Of a DNA stretch of 64,000 nucleotides, positions 52,272 to 64,000 are shown one piece after another (the first letter of the stretch is position 1; each line of letters opens with the position of its first letter). Origin of the DNA: Kudoa neothunni (taxonomy: Eukaryota; Animalia; Cnidaria); assembly GCA_964304625.1 (NCBI GenBank), contig OZ199840.1, forward strand, positions 531,284 through 595,283, read 5' to 3'. The notes beneath the pieces were generated by a model that saw only the letters and a program-made list of their open reading frames with translations, was not told where the DNA came from and searched no databases. The position numbers and the translations under genes are program-made.

Positions 52272-54053
52272 CAGTGTTTCCTAAACTTTTCTAGCCGTGA
52301 CCCATATTTTTTCAAACAATATCCGGTGGCCCACTTAGATATTGTGTTTACTGGAATTAAAAGTTATTTTTTAAATTATATTTATATCCAGTATTATATA
52401 TGATAATTTAAATTGTATGCATTATCATAAATATTTTTACTCTGTTAATCTAAAAATATTATTTGGCACTAATTTAACCAGACTTTTAAAACAATAATAT
52501 TTCACTTGAAACCAATATTATTAAACCATCATGTTACTCTACTCCTGTATCGATTTATCACTGGGCTTTTTAATGATTTTAATTATTTGCGTATAATTTT
52601 TCTGTTTATAATATTTTTCATTAGTTATTTTTACATAAATGGTTTTCGGACTCAATGATATCATCAATAAAAATTTAAATATTACTGGTATTTATTAACT
52701 TGTTGCCTCCATATTCAATGCAATCAACACAAAATATGTTTTTATATATATACATTTCTCTCTATCAATGTAAAATATTTAGCATCTTTAATTTTTTTTA
52801 TTTTAAATTAAATAAATAATAATGTTCCATGTCTTTCATAATAATCGGGAGTTCATTCTAATTCATGAAAAAGCGCATGGTGCATTTACAATATATTGGT
52901 TATTATCGTAAAATATGTTTTTGTTCGACGTGTGGTATATAAGAAATGCAATAGTTTGATCCAAAAACAAATTTCTTAGTTTGCAATTTTTTGAAATTAA
53001 TTTTGGAGTTAAAACGAAAATATAAATTCACTATTTTCCCGTCAATTGTCATAGTAATTTAATTTTCTTGATTTAATCCGTATGTAAAATTATTAATGGG
53101 TCTAAAATATGTGAAAAAATATACATGTAATTCAAATTATTTTAAAATAATTCGTTCCAATTTTCTTCGTCAATTAGAATTTGCATATATTCCACACTTT
53201 CTTTGTGATATTTTTAAGTAAATGCACATAATTCATCATAGTTGAATCTTTCATAACCTACGTCTAGTTCCATATAATTTTCTGTTAAATATAACATTTA
53301 AAAATTTATTTCGTTAATCATACATAATATGACTGACATATAAGGATCGTAAAAAATATCATTTGGATGGGCGGATTATATTTTGATGAATAGCTACAAG
53401 CACATTACTTCGTGTAATAAAAGTCTTTAATTTCATGTAAACTGATGTTATGAACTAACAAAATTCTTTCTTTAGAAAACTTTCAGATGGATAATCCTTA
53501 TAATTTCTAGATTTGAGATTTTAATAGCTTATTTTAATGTTCAGTATGTTCTCTCTCGAAATGCTCGCTTTACGTTAATATTTTTTGAATAGTTGCATTC
53601 AAGTATCAAATAAGTAAAAATTGAAAAATTTATGAACTCACACCGCTTTGGGTCATTAAATTAAATAGGTCAAAGAAATACGTGAATAGTTACGTGTCTA
53701 AAATTTAATGAATAGAAAAATTAACTCATATCTCCGTCTGATTTGTATCTAAATGAATTTTCGTTTGTAGCAAAAACAAACGAACGAATGAATATTGCCT
53801 ACTTAGGAAACGTGTCGACCGTTCCCCATCTTTATATATGCTCTGCTACTCATGAAACAACAATATGTAACTTAATTAAATATAGTATTTATATTATACC
53901 AATATATCTTAATTCCAAAAACTAAATAATACTCTCCATTTCAAGGACATCCAGTACAGCATGTGCCCGTATTTTTCTGCGCCCTCCAAATAAGTCAGAA
54001 AATTTTTCATGATCCACAAAAAATCTTTCATGACCCTAGGTTGGGAAACATTG
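52272..54053. mobile_element. hAT element, decayed
   Basis: CAGTGTTTCCTAAAC ... GGTTGGGAAACATTG. TTCTATAG follows the right end and also lies 5 nt before the left end. Internal 52550-52750 resembles 5640-5800. Confidence 0.75.
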
Positions 54054-55247
54054 TTCTATAGTAAAATAAAGGAATATAACCCATTAAACATCCTTTCTTA
54101 AACCTTACCCCTTTAAATGTATTGAATCCATGGATCGTAAGATTTTTATTACCCAATACGTCTCTAAATATTCAAGTGTCTAATCAGACTATCCTCGCTG
54201 GATCTAACTGTAATATCAGGGCATCACACACAGTTATAAACGGATGATACGGTGTTTCATCGAATATAAGACAAGTCATTTTTTTTATTTCCTAGGTAGC
54301 ATTTAGTCATATTTGTGCCGGACAAAATTTCAATATGCATTATTTAACTCATATAACCGAATAAATTTTTTTTCTTAAAATAAATAAAATAATATTTTTA
54401 TTTAATGAAATATGACATAGAATATATAATTTGACGAGTGTGTTTATCTTTTCCTTAAAATGAAGATTAGATGGTAATCGAATGTTAATATCCAGGTGTT
54501 TAATGATTTTTTCATCATTAAAATTCTTATTATTATTAACTATCAAAAAAATTATATTGTTAGGGATATTTTGTTATATAAGTTAGAATATCCAGATTTT
54601 GAGTATTTTACTAGGTTTTATACTTAAAATTAACTCAAAAATCCACTAGGTTTTATTCTTGAGGTAGGTCTTGCGTTAAAAGCTAGCTTAAGAATACAAC
54701 TAAGTTTTATTTTTTGTGATAGGCCTTATACTAAAGACTAACGCAAGACCACCATTGGGTCTTATAAACGAGGAATCATACTGTAGATTTGAAGAAATAA
54801 CGAAAGAAAAAATCGAGCCACTTTTTATTGAATATAACACTACAAATTAGAGCAAAAGCTTCAGCTTAATGCAATAATATGCATATTTAGCACTGAAAAA
54901 TTTCTTAACAATATTAAAATATATACATATAAACTCTCCAATTGATACATAGAAGTGAGGATTAAACTCACATTTTATTTAGACCATAACTCAATGACGC
55001 CCACATTAATATAAATTATTTTAAACAAAGCACAAAATATGGAAAAATCTATACAGTCATACTGAAAACTGTATTTATGAGAGTCTTTCAATTTCCTAAC
55101 TTAATTATTGATAATCTTAGCAAAAAGATGTGGTTCATAAAATTTAATGTTCTATTTTAATCCGTGGAACATATGACATACGTTTCAGAGGACACAAAAG
55201 TTTATTGTAAGTAAAATAAAATAAACTAAGTCCTAACAAATCATTAT

Positions 55248-58200
55248 CTATTTCCAGATGTCAGATTTTATCAGTCGTTTATCTTTCAAACTTTGAATAA
55301 GCGATGAAGCTTGGCTATCGTCCAAATTTCCGAATTTCATCATGACACGATGTATTGTGAAGTTCAATACGTAACTAAGTTTTGCCGCATCTCTATGCAG
55401 AAAATAGATGTATACTTAAATGAAAACCACTGTATAATTACCCACAAAGATAAATGCAAGCATTTTTTTGTATGAGATCCCATACAAGTGCACCTTGTTG
55501 TTCTATGAGATGATTGACATAGATTTTCTCATCCTAAAGAGGAAACTAAATAGTTTCTATTAGTAAGAAGCTTATTTACCTGATCTCTAGAAAAAGCTAC
55601 AAAAAGATCCGACAAAATGTTCTCTTTCACGAAATAATCAAGTTCTTTGGCATATAGGAATTCAGAGTGTTTAGAACGACAACCATAGAATAAGACAACT
55701 TGACCAACTTTGTTCTCATTGGCTATTTAATCAACCAAACCCTTGTAAAGTTCAAAACATTTTATTGATATTTATTACTGTTATTTTTTAAAAGTTCCAT
55801 TCTATGTTGCAAAAATCCTACGTACGGAGCTATACCAGTGCCAATTCCTATCCATATCATTTTTGTGTTGATATTGGTAGGCAGATGGAATGCGGGATTT
55901 TTTCGTATAAAAATAGCAACATTACTACCAACATCTAGTGGACATTGTGAGGTGAAGTGAAATGCACCGAAAAATACCCTTATCGCTGAGATAATTTGTG
56001 CAAAACGCCTCTATAATGTTTTTGAGTTTGTTCTATGGTAAAGTCCACAGTGAGGGCATCAATGTGGACAGTGTGGGGGTATTTCTATCCGATGTGTACA
56101 CACAATTAAAACCTTTTGCCGTTATCTCAGGAATTTACCAATGGTGATGATGCAATGGAATAATATCGACAACACAGTCTGGGCAAGGATTCAACAATAA
56201 GATTTAGTGGAGGTTTCAACGAGGGTATCTCTTCCAATAAATCCTTCAGAGTAATATGGCATTCAATGAAATATTTTTTATAAATTTCCTTAATACGAAA
56301 AGCTGTTAGAGCAAAGTTGCACTCTATCACAATTTACATAACATGAAGAACTCGTAGCGTATTCTATTAATTGTCTATGCTCAAGGTCACTAATGTAGGG
56401 AATCAGATCGATGAGTAGATCACGAGAAACTGGCTGACCGATATCTAGATAGTGGGTGAAAGCTGAGTGAAGTGTGGTTGGACAAGGAAATGGTTTTTTT
56501 GTGGGCATATTTTCTAAATGCATTTCAAAATTCAAATTTTATTTTAAATTAATTAACACAATTAATCATTAGATGTAAACTTTAACCCTTTCATGCCCAA
56601 TTTTTTTGCGGCCTAAAAATAATATATTATGCAAAAATGATTAGTTATAACGATTTAAAAAGTTAAAATGTTCGAAAGTATTTTTATCTATTATCATCAA
56701 ATGTCATCAAATTACAAGAAAAAAGAAAATTAAATAAAAATCATATTTACAAGCATCATAACCACGTACAAATTTCACGTTGCCTTTAAAATGCGCTGAA
56801 AATTTATTTTTTAATAGATTTGTAAACAATGGCTTAGTACAATCAATATGCTTACATCGATCAATTTTGTGCATACGCACCAAGAAAATATATTAACTTC
56901 TCATTTTCGAAACTGTTCCATATCAAAAAATATTTAAAGTCTTTAAAGAGATATACGAAATACTGAATTTTAGCATATAAAAATATCTAAAACCCTTTAA
57001 ATTAAGATAGAACAGATCAAGTTTTAGCACATAAAATTATTTAAGGCTGAAGCTCTTAAAAAGAGGTACAATAGACTGAGTTTTAGTCTATATATTTTTT
57101 TTATTGAAGTCGATATATTATACAATTAATAATAATGACTTATTATATAATACACAAAAATAATCCCTTCATAAACTTTTTTAAATATGAATATTTTGCG
57201 ATAATGACATATCGCATTCTAACAAAAATCTTTTATGGAATAAATTACGATTATGCATAAAAACAAATTATATTGTTTATAAAGGCGCCATTTAAAATTT
57301 TTAATTGCGTGTTCTCGTATTATAATTCATTAAAATAATTATTAATCTTTTTAGAAATAATTTATTTTAAAGATAATACAGAGAAAATAATTCAAATAAT
57401 GTGCTATGGAAATGCAATTTTTTCTCTTTTTCATTTAAAATTTAAATGAAGCATTGGACAGGAATGGATTAAATAACTACATTCAATCTCAGTGAGTACA
57501 CTGATGAATTGCGTTTGGGTAATTAGACAAAGACAACATTTACCATCATTCGACACCATATCTATTACTTGATCGAGGTCAACATCTAACAGTTCGGTCA
57601 GTCTTTTAACCATAAGAGTATCATTTGTTGGATAGATTCCAAGGTGATCACCAGGTGAATACCTAAAGAATAATTGCACACTTTATTTTATTCTACAACT
57701 AACCTAATTGAACTATTCTCGATGCTTAGTTCTACATGAAAGCAACATCGCGAACTGATTTTGGAATCGAAACAGTTTTCGAACGATACAACTCGCGCGA
57801 GTAAAGGGTTTTTCATATTGTAAGGTCTAGATTGGTTGAAATCGACGTGATAAAAATCTTGATACTACAGCCAAATAGTTACTTTCGTTGATTGTTCAAT
57901 GATCCGTTTTTGAATATTTCACCAGTGTAAATTTTCTCAGGAAGATTATTTTTACAAACTTCTAATGAATATTCGTATTCTATTCTACAAAAAAAAGCTC
58001 AAGCCAAACCGCACAAATATAAATATAATAAGAATAGCTAAAACATTTGTTGATCGATCGATCGATCATTCAAACATACAAGGACAACACTTGATTTGAT
58101 GTAATTGTGTAATCATTTTCGATTTTGGTCATAAGTTTGTTTTTCCACTCAATAAACGTTGCTTCTTGATCAGCGGATGCGTCACTATCCACTCGAGTAA

Positions 58201-59006
58201 GAATGTTTCTTGCGCCTAATTGTCGCATCATTTTATCGATACGTCGTGCGAATGCATTGAAGTGATCATAATTTCTATCCCCAAGTCCAAATATCTACAA
58301 TAGCAACATCAACTTATGAGATGTTCACCGTGTTCTGTCAAATTAACTACACAGTAATTCAGATTTCTTAATGTGATTGAATTCGAATTGCGCTTATAAG
58401 CATTTTCAAGCCATTTCTCCATGCCAATTCCACTGTCTGGAGCATCCCCCGCCCCTGTGGTCGATAAAATCAATATTAAAATATTCGAATCCAGCTCAAT
58501 CCAATCGTTCTATTTTAAAATAAAGGTCTCATTTCTGAACAACTACTTACAAAACTATAGTTGGATGCATCGAATAGCTCACAAAAAATGTTATTCAGCT
58601 GAAGTGTTCGTCGAGTGGATCTTGCGAATTTGGCTCCTGTATTTGTCTGTGAAGCGTATATAATGTGTAGTTTGTTGATATCCTGTTTAGAATGGTTGCT
58701 ATCGGACGTGTGGATTGTAATTTCTGTAATTCGTTCGGCAAGTGATTTCTCGTTGTTCCAATTTTTCACAATATTTTTCAAAACACTTAAATTATTATCA
58801 TTTTCTGAGACACGACGTGGTTGCCTTGTTTTCGTATCCATTGGAGGGAGTTTTTTCCATAAATTCTTATATAGTTTCCATACTGTAACTCCCACAACTA
58901 ATGTGCAACAACCGTATAACACTCTGAAAACAAACTATTAAATTTATTTCATGAGTATTCGATACATTTGAGAGGTTAATTTTTTTGAGCACCAAAATGA
59001 GTCCAT
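55248..59006 (-). CDS. POR: NADPH-cytochrome P450 reductase (diflavin reductase with N-terminal anchor)
   Basis: N-terminal TM; IIYASQTNTG, STTGAGDAPD, FGLGDRNYDHFN, PYNMKNPLLA, YSPGDHLGIYPTN, KKPFPCPTT..YLDI, RYYSIASS, GTGIAPYVGF, LFYGCR, AFSRDQ, IYLCGDA, SDIWK*. Confidence 0.92.
56586..57468. mobile_element. piggyBac-like MITE in the largest POR intron
   Basis: TTAA|CCCTTTCATGCCC ... GGACAGGAATGGA|TTAA (9/13 TIR match); accounts for a ~1 kb intron. Confidence 0.6.
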
Positions 59007-59017
59007 GGCGTGCTATC

Positions 59018-59115
59018 CATCACTGACTATTGATGCGGATATTTTTAATCCTAAATGGCATCTACGCTTGCGCGACTCCGTTTTTAATCGCGTCAATTCC
59101 TATTTATAGTTGATT
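59018..59115 (-). promoter_or_regulatory. Candidate POR promoter made from a transposon end
   Basis: Reverse complement aligns with 20948-21043, including TATAAATAGG, GCGCAAGCGTAG, GCCATTT and the TIR. Confidence 0.5.
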
Positions 59116-60699
59116 TATTTAACTCAAATTATAGAATTTGATGTATTTAATTATTTTTAACCTCTTACAGTGTCCGTGATGGGCCAACATTATTTTACTA
59201 TAGTAAAAACTCCACTCACGCGGATATTTTGATACGTCTCTAAATCTAAAGCCACTTTCGGGATGATTGTTCACATCTTGGCATGCGAAGATGAAAAAAT
59301 AATTTATGTTTAAAATTTTTGAAATGATAATTTTGTTGGTCAAGATAGTAATATTTTTTTATACATTTCTATGATGATTTCATCGTAGCTAAACTTGCAC
59401 TATAATTAATTATTGTGTGGATTTATGCAATTTTTAATCATGAATAATATTTGTTTTGTCGATTTTTTCAAATATAATTAAAAATGTTAGGTTTATTATA
59501 CTATAATGAAGATAGAAAATTTATAAGGAGCTATCTAATCTTTTTAAGAAAGTTATACATTTGACTGGGATTACTTTAATAACCAAGACTGATGTATAAA
59601 GGGGTTCAAACATCAATCATTAGAAAATCTAATAATTGAAATATTTTGAACTTTATGGCTTACTCATTATAATTCTCTAAATCAGCTGAGTGTGTTTTAA
59701 GGTAATTAATTCAATTTATAGTGGATTTTTTTACGCAGAATTTAATAAAAAAATAGTGGTAACTTTTGCATATTTTTCTATAGATTTGATAGTAGATAAA
59801 AATTATGTTATTCCTCCAATATAATATCCAAACATGAATAGATTTTCATAATAATTAAATGGATTTCAAGTAGAACATTAATAATATCTAGTTAGAGAGT
59901 AAATTTGAAGACGGATTGGATTATGTATTTCGAAGGGAGTTTTATAATACATATAATTTACTTGAATATATTGCTGCCCGGATTAAACATTTTTTTATGG
60001 CATGAATAAAGAATTTCTGCCACTTTGATGAGTTTTTCAAAAATAATACAAGTAAATCTTCTGCATCTCTCTGCAGAGGTAAACGAAAGTGACAGAACTG
60101 GATTAGGATATTTGTCACAATTTATGAATATTTTAATTGAAATTGGAATAAATATATTGCCGATTTCAATGTATGGACCTTTGTACAACACGGAGACGCC
60201 ATACGATTAGTTACCCAAATGCGGTATTAAACCTCGTTTTGTATTTGTGGAACACCAATTTATTCATCGTTCTCTGGAAAGTTAAACAACAATTATGTAA
60301 AAGAATTGTAATATGCCATTTGTCTACTGGAAGGCGAGGTTTTAATTAATATTTAAACAATTTTGACTATTTGTGGAGGCTAATAAAATTTCTAGACCTT
60401 AATAACGAATATTGATATGAGTAAATAACGATTAAGCGCATCAGATCAATAAGGGGCATGTTTAAATCATTATCTTTGCCATTTTAAATCTATTTTTAAT
60501 TGATTAATCTCATTAAAAAATATAATTAATAGAGAAGAATAAGAACAGAATAAAATGTTAAAATTTAAAAAGATTGTTACTCCAACCCTCTTAGAATTAT
60601 TTAATTTCTAACTATCAACACAATTCCGGTATTTCTATAGTTTTCTTTTCAATCATTTTTCTAAAATTAATTTTTCAATTACATAATTATGTTCAGTTT

Positions 60700-60830
60700 A
60701 CAAACTTCATTCACCATCCCTGTCCGGAGCGAGGTCCGCGTGGATCCCAGTTCGACTGGTTTGAATCTAATTTTCGATAGACAAATCTAAACTATCCGTA
60801 AATTTCGGAATTTCTCCAAAAATTTACAAC
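60700..60830 (-). pseudogene. Possible mariner transposase N-terminal remnant
   Basis: Frameshifted RFKP/RTGIHA/GPRSGQ resembles mariner RFK.GRTS..DEPRSGRP. Confidence 0.35.
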
Positions 60831-62398
60831 ACTTGGAATGACATAAAAATAATTCATTTCCAAAAATTATTATTATCGGCTAATTTTAATGATTTTTGAA
60901 CCTTAAGAGACAAAAATATGCTTCGTTTTTAAGGAAAACACATAGCATATACTGAGAAAAAATATTTTTCTCTTATAATTATAGATTTAAAGATTTTGGA
61001 TGTAATATTTAATTGAGTAAATGATGAATCTTGACTTAGTGTAGAATTTCATCGCGGATTACCGAGTCTTAATCCCAAAATAACTTATCTAATTTTCATA
61101 TTTATTTTTCGTTGCTATATGCTTGTCGCTAGAAGCATGTAAGTGGTTTCTCCGTTAAACTTTTACTTTTAATAATTTAGATTATAAGGAGAATCAATAA
61201 AGTAGTTTAAATGTAGTTTTCTTTTGTTTAAGTTAACTTCATGGTTATGAAAACATACGTCTTATATTATTAAATTTATAGGGGAAATTATTTTAAATAG
61301 AGCAATATAGTGAAAATTAAATATTACATAACAGAAATAACAAATTTGGCCTGAAAAAGATCGTATAAATCAAATATCAATGGTTAATTTAAACTATGCC
61401 TTTTATATATGCCTTAAAAATTACGGTAAATGACAAATTAGAGCCAAGACGCCTTAATTTATTCGATTTATTCGATTTATTCAATTTAATCCGTTTATTG
61501 TTAATTTGTTGTTTCCAATTTCATACGATAGTGTGGCCCCTGTACCTGTCCGTTCGGATCAATTTTACCTATGACTTCTTCTTTTGAGGTGATTTTCATT
61601 TTGCAAATTACTTCGTTTTCAGTTAAAGTATGTTTAATTTTAATTTTTGTACCATTGAATTCTTTCTTAATTTTAAATAGCCGATATTTGTGCATTATGG
61701 GTCTCTGTTTTGAAGCCTACTAACGATCCTTAATCAATTTAATTGCCTATTCACAACATCTTATAAATAGTTGAAAAATTGTTTAAAGTCTGATGCTAAG
61801 AAATTAAAGACCATTAAGACAATTTTTTTCTGGGGTCAATGCCCCATCGGAACGCGTGTGATTTTTTGGCGCGCAATACAGACAAGGCTAATGTGTTGAG
61901 ATAAATATTTTTAATTTCTCACGTAAGAAAATTATTCTTTACGCATTTTTTCCGTATTATAGAGAAGTTAAGGAAGATAATATTCAATTTGTTATATTAA
62001 ATTAATTGCAAGATGATGGTCCATTTGCTAAGTATGGTATTTGGATCGACGCCCCCCAAACTTTTATTAGAGTTAAACATATCTTAATACAAATAGCTAA
62101 TTTATTACTCAGAATTTGCGGTAATATAATTAAAATAGAAATTAAAATGAAAATGCCGATCTATATATGGTATTAATATATGATATAATATATGGTGTAA
62201 TTGGAATCTATTTAACATTTTATTTATTATATAACAAATCAAAATAGTGACAAGCTGTTCTTCTAAATTCAAAGCGTTATTTGGTGATAGATATTTTTAT
62301 GAAAAATTCATTCAATTAAATATGTATAACTATTACTGTATATGAAGTAAAAATTAGACAATCCATAAAGTTTTTTATTGAATTTTATTTGACTTTAA

Positions 62399-63559
62399 CC
62401 ATTACGGGACCACGCGGGGTCTACCGAGATCCCAAGATACGTTTTTTGATCATAACTCTAAAAATCGTTTTCTGTTAATGTTAAAATCTTAAGAATGATC
62501 ATAAAACACGTAAACCTATATATGGGGAAGAAAATCTGTTTTTCTCTTTTTTTAACTTTATAAGAAAACACAATATTTTGATTGCATGCAATTTTAAATG
62601 TTCTTAACTTCAATAAATTCTTTTATAAATATTAAAAAATATCTTTTTTTTAAACATTAAATGTGTTGGAAAATAACGACACAAATCTCAGAAGATTACC
62701 GATAACTAATCCGATTGATCTCCTACGTTTTGTTGCATTTACCAAAACATAGAATTCGTTGTTCTCAAAAAATAATTAAAACAATGATGAAAACTACATG
62801 GTTGATTATTCCAAGGGTGAGACAACATCAGAATATAACACGTCTGAATCAGGCCTGGAAAGCATGGATAAATGCGATGACCAATCAGGTCGCACTGAAT
62901 ATTTACATTAGCATGTCGAAAGTGTTTCAGTGTTTTTCCGATGAACTTCCAATATTTATAGGTTCATGAAGTGTTTTTCTTTAAATATTAATTACGCGGG
63001 TTATTAATCTCGAATGATATATCATTTGATTTTGCACATGATAATTTATAGTCTTGTTATAAACGAGTATTTAATTTTGAACAGAAAACCGCACTTAAAA
63101 ATACGATGAAATTTGTTTAATTTAAAAGATATGTTGAACCTCTTAATCTTAAGATCAGTATTTAATCTTAATGTGCCAGCCGAGTATTGCCGATAAAACC
63201 TGCAAGGGTTGTGTAATATTTTTCCTCATTTACTTTCCAATTATTGATTCCGTAATGTCTTCAGTTTCAATAAACCATTAAATTTTGTACGTACTATCAA
63301 TATATGTCCATATCAAAACATATAATGTGTTCATTCAGGTGTAACCTTCGTGAACTATCGAATCAAAATAATTTATAATTATTCGTTGACAGGAAAGAAG
63401 TTGCATAATAATTGTGACTTAATTCGATTTATTATAATTTATAATTTTAAATATACGAATTTGATGTAATTTAATTAAGTTTAGTTGAATTTTTACTCGG
63501 GTCTCGTGAGACCCCGCTTGGACACACACGGGTTTTTAAATCGGTTGGTCCCGGAGGGG
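62399..63559 (+). mobile_element. Non-autonomous piggyBac-like element
   Basis: TTAA|CCATTACGGGACCA ... TGGTCCCGGAGGGG|TATA; subterminal palindromes GGGGTCTACCGAGATCCC and GGGTCTCGTGAGACCCC; acidic transposase-like remnant at 62760-62960. Confidence 0.7.
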
Positions 63560-64000
63560 TATAATAATTTTTTTTAAATTTCATACTATTTTTAAGATAA
63601 TAACATTTAACTGTTATATTGTACCAAATTCAAAATTATATTCAACAATTGTTAATGAAATTAATATTTTTGAATACGATGATGCGCATTTCTTTTAATC
63701 ACGATAAATTCAGTCACTTGAAAAAGGGCTAAAAAAGTGTTTAACCCTCGAAAAACGAATTCGGAATAATTTACATTTCAGCCAAAGTTTAGATTTGCTT
63801 TAATCCTAAACATTGATTAGACCTTTATTTAGTTAATATTTTTTGGAAATTCCATTTTATTAGATAATACATTCTGTATTATTTATGTTAATCATTTTTA
63901 TTGCACACGAATTATAGTATCTGAAATATGAAACCAACAAAAAAATTATTTCCAATTATGCTTAACATTTCTATTACTTAAAAGTTTATTAACCTTAAGA

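Noticed and set aside
55248-59006. Calling the diflavin reductase methionine synthase reductase linked to MMAB
   Set aside because: The membrane anchor and POR-specific motifs (KNPLLA, PFPCPTT..YLDI) favour POR.
1-64000. Alternative genetic code (TAA as sense), suggested by in-frame TAAs near 1340, 40742 and 41880
   Set aside because: SPT5 has ~900 codons with no internal TAA, and SPT5, MMAB, TIM44, SLC17 and GTSF1 all end in TAA. The 41880 case is fixed by one homopolymer base.
1-64000. tRNA, rRNA or snRNA genes
   Set aside because: None recognised by eye; tRNAscan-SE/Infernal would be needed to exclude them.

Overview
AT-rich eukaryotic (animal-like) genomic DNA with short GT-AG introns (mostly 40-70 nt, some 25-32 nt) and highly divergent proteins. 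A fast-evolving parasite such as a myxozoan is plausible, but that is inference only. Most genes are invisible in the ORF track and were rebuilt by hand-splicing: the 3' end of RNA Pol III largest subunit (RPC1), a TMBIM/lifeguard gene, an SLC17 transporter, SPT5, cobalamin adenosyltransferase MMAB, TIM44, a claudin/PMP22-family gene, a COX4-like gene, a GTSF1-like gene and NADPH-cytochrome P450 reductase. Intergenic DNA is dense with DNA transposons, often nested: one near-intact piggyBac, many piggyBac-like, pogo/Tigger and hAT derivatives, and a family with GG(A/C)AGTGGCTATTG TIRs. Top candidates for novelty: (1) an intact 8-exon gene joining the two CHHC fingers and Trp motif of the piRNA cofactor GTSF1 to a C-terminal dsRNA-binding domain; (2) a claudin-like gene whose first extracellular loop is built from a run of mostly symmetric micro-exons; (3) a transposon end occupying the immediate upstream region of POR. 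Several single frameshifts lie in homopolymer runs and are probably assembly errors.
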